Part shown: positions 61,630 through 64,000 of the stretch, piece by piece | Layout of the letters: each line of letters opens with the position of its first letter | How positions within the stretch are numbered: the stretch's first letter is position 1 | Assembly: GCA_030652995.1 (NCBI GenBank) | Contig: JAUSAG010000036.1 | Span: forward strand, 12,349-76,348 | From: Methylotenera sp. | Lineage (GTDB): Bacteria; Pseudomonadota; Gammaproteobacteria; Burkholderiales; Methylophilaceae | Reading direction: 5' to 3' | DNA: 64,000 nt | Notes under the pieces: generated by a model | Databases searched by the model: none | Seen by the model: only the letters and a program-made list of their open reading frames with translations | Told to the model about the DNA's origin: nothing | Program-made: the position numbers and the translations under genes

Positions 61630-64000
61630 ATGAGCATGAAGATGAGCCAAATAACGCCAATTCAGATTGATAACTTTCTTCCTTATATGCGTGACGTAGT
61701 TCGTTGCGAACAGTCTTTGCATGAGCTTAATCTGATGTGGCGCATTATTGAGTCTTCTGCCAAGATGAACTGCCCCATCGAGGCCAAAAGCATTTTGCCT
61801 ACGATGGCAGCAACGCGCGTAGGTTTTAATCGGCTTGAAAAAGAGTTGGTATTAAGTCTGGTACAAGAAAAAGTGGCAACAGTGTTGAATGAAATCGGCA
61901 CAAAAGCGCAGTATGTCATTGATATTTTAGTGCGTAATCTTTATGAGCGCACCGCAGATGTTGGCTTTCTTGCTACCGATAAAGATTTGTGTGCATTTGT
62001 GGCAGGCGTATCTGGCAATGAAGATAAAATCCGTGCGCGACTACGTGCTTATAGAAGTAAATACACGGTTTATGATGAGATTATTTTGCTGGATGTTAAT
62101 GGCAATGTGTTGGTGCAGATTAACCAAGAGACGCCAATCGAAGGTAGCTTGGATCCTTTGATTCAAGAAACCTTGGTATCAGATCAATATGTAGAAACCT
62201 ATCGCGCTACAGATTTGCGGCCGAATAAAGATAAAGCGCTTATTTATTCTAAACGCATGTTGCATCCTGAAACGGGTGCAGTCATCGGCTTGTTATGTTT
62301 GTGCTTTAATTTTGTGGAAGAGATGGCGGGTGTTTTTGAATCGCATGGTGACCCCTCTGGACGCTCCGTTATGCTCTTGCTTGATGGCGATAATTGCGTC
62401 ATAGAAACAAGTGACCAGCGCTGGATTCCAGTGGGAGCCGTACTCCCCGTGAATCGTGATGCGCAATCAAACTTGATGATTTATGGAGGTCGCGAATATT
62501 TGATACGTACATTTATTGCAGATGGCTACCAAGGCTATATGGGCCCTGTTGGCTGGCAAGGGCAGGTTATGATTCCGGTAGAAATAGCTTTTACCGGCAA
62601 AGAAACGAATGCATTAAAAGCGTTGGCCCCACGAGTTGCCAGAGGCTTGCTGTCGCATGCTCAATCTTTCTGCCCACCGCTTTATGAAGTCATGAACGCA
62701 GCATCTACCATACGTAGGGTGGTGTGGAACGGGCAGGTCATGACTGCTGGGCAAGGTGGGGAGTTGTTGAAATTAAAAACCATCTTGGATCAAATTAGTG
62801 AAACAGGTACGCGTAGTAACGAATTGTTCGCTCAGTCAATCAATGATCTTTACGAGACGGTGCTGGCTTCCAGGTTGCAGGATTCTGAATTTGTGTCACA
62901 CCTGTTAGTTGATTTGCTAGATCGTAATTTGTATGAACGCTCTGATGATTGTCGCTGGTGGGCAGTAACACCTGAGCTAAAAATAGCACTCGAATCTGGG
63001 GTCGTTGATAGCAAAAAAGCCACACAAATGACAGATATTCTGGAATATATCAATAAACTTTACACGGTATACACCCGTATTTTTGTCTACGATCGCAATG
63101 GAAAAATCGTCTCCAGCACAAATCCGATTGATGACAATGACTCGATTATAGGGACAAAAATCGACGACCTGACGCTGGCTCAAGTGATGGGTTTGCGCAC
63201 GGAGCAGGAATATTATGTATCACCCTTTGCACCTGATGCCTTGTATGGCAATGCGCCTACATACATCTATCATGCAGCTATTATGGCGACTGGAGGAAAT
63301 TCTGTTGTTGGCGGTATCGGCATTGTTTTTGATTCTGCCCCTGAATTTTTTGCAATGTTGCAAGGTGGCATCTCAACAAAAGGGGCGGTAAAAGCTTTTT
63401 ATATCAATAGGCAGGGGCGGATTATTTCAAGTACAGACCCCTCCCGTTCGGTAGGCGATATCTTAGAGATTGACGCAGATTTGCTTGCATTGCCCAATGG
63501 CAAAAGTGCATCTCGTATTGTGATCCATGACGGCAACTATTCAATACTTGGATGTAGCGTTTCTCACGGTTATCGCGAGTTTAAAGTCACAGATGGATAT
63601 AAAGAAGATGTGATCGCCGTAGTCTATGACTCGTTTGGAGAGGTGCGTGAGCAATTTAGTTCTGGCAACGATTCCGCATCAATTATTGACACGTATTTTG
63701 TTAAAACTGACGATCCTGAATTTGCTACGTTTTTTATTGATGAAGGGTTATTCTCCATAGAAGCTGAATATGTTTTGGAGGCGTTGGCAGGCTCTGAAAT
63801 CTCTTCGGTTTCGATAGGTGGTCGTACCGAGCGAGTTGGCGTGATCTCAATACAGGATGACAGCAAAGGTAAGACTTATGCCTGGGTATTTGATCTTGGA
63901 TACTTACTAAGCGGTATCCCATCGGTACAGGACAGTAATAGCCAAGTTGTAATTGTAGAGTGCGGACATCACAAAATAGGATTGTTAGTAGGCGCGCTAC
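61630..64000 (+). CDS. Large soluble Cache-like/CheW fusion protein (3'-truncated by the window)
   Basis: Open frame from ATG 61630 to the window end (>790 aa, hand-translated), absent from the track because no stop is reached. Two repeats begin with RNLYER; the C-terminal part is CheW-like (EFATFFI...VFDLG..L...VVIVE....GLLV). Confidence 0.85.
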   Translation, partial: MSMKMSQITPIQIDNFLPYMRDVVRCEQSLHELNLMWRIIESSAKMNCPIEAKSILPTMAATRVGFNRLEKELVLSLVQEKVATVLNEIGTKAQYVIDILVRNLYERTADVGFLATDKDLCAFVAGVSGNEDKIRARLRAYRSKYTVYDEIILLDVNGNVLVQINQETPIEGSLDPLIQETLVSDQYVETYRATDLRPNKDKALIYSKRMLHPETGAVIGLLCLCFNFVEEMAGVFESHGDPSGRSVMLLLDGDNCVIETSDQRWIPVGAVLPVNRDAQSNLMIYGGREYLIRTFIADGYQGYMGPVGWQGQVMIPVEIAFTGKETNALKALAPRVARGLLSHAQSFCPPLYEVMNAASTIRRVVWNGQVMTAGQGGELLKLKTILDQISETGTRSNELFAQSINDLYETVLASRLQDSEFVSHLLVDLLDRNLYERSDDCRWWAVTPELKIALESGVVDSKKATQMTDILEYINKLYTVYTRIFVYDRNGKIVSSTNPIDDNDSIIGTKIDDLTLAQVMGLRTEQEYYVSPFAPDALYGNAPTYIYHAAIMATGGNSVVGGIGIVFDSAPEFFAMLQGGISTKGAVKAFYINRQGRIISSTDPSRSVGDILEIDADLLALPNGKSASRIVIHDGNYSILGCSVSHGYREFKVTDGYKEDVIAVVYDSFGEVREQFSSGNDSASIIDTYFVKTDDPEFATFFIDEGLFSIEAEYVLEALAGSEISSVSIGGRTERVGVISIQDDSKGKTYAWVFDLGYLLSGIPSVQDSNSQVVIVECGHHKIGLLVGAL

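Overview
About 64 kb of a betaproteobacterial chromosome, most likely Methylophilaceae (Methylotenera-like). This is inferred from the PqqA peptide [23 protein letters not shown], purU, gnd and conserved gene order. The backbone is mostly housekeeping: rodA-rlpA-dacA-ybeD-lipBA, gshAB-apbE-NusG_II-Gx, a type IV minor pilin operon (pilE-fimT-pilVWX-pilY1), lptM-lysA, purU, ispH-nudB-nadA, mpl, metH, ubiK, torF-glnK-amtB, mltA, apaG, thiSG, gnd, sua5, alkB/alkA, nnrS, cidA/lrgB and three c-di-GMP enzymes. I found no rRNA, tRNA, CRISPR array or intact transposase/integrase. Most interesting: (1) comM/yifB is split by an ~820-bp foreign insert carrying a signal-peptide-bearing thermonuclease, and the rest of comM is decaying; (2) an LtaS-like transferase is paired with a fusion of a GH-A-like barrel and an LPS-kinase domain; (3) a >790-aa soluble tandem-Cache/CheW fusion, missing from the ORF track, runs off the right edge; (4) an apbE + NusG_II + Gx flavinylation-type module follows the glutathione genes; (5) a perfect REP doublet supplies the ispH stop codon and the nudB N-terminus; (6) several small genes are absent from the ORF track (lptM, an orphan pqqA, a 39-aa basic protein); (7) two more pseudogenes (DUF3108, CAP) have internal deletions. 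Family assignments come from motif recognition by eye, not from database searches.
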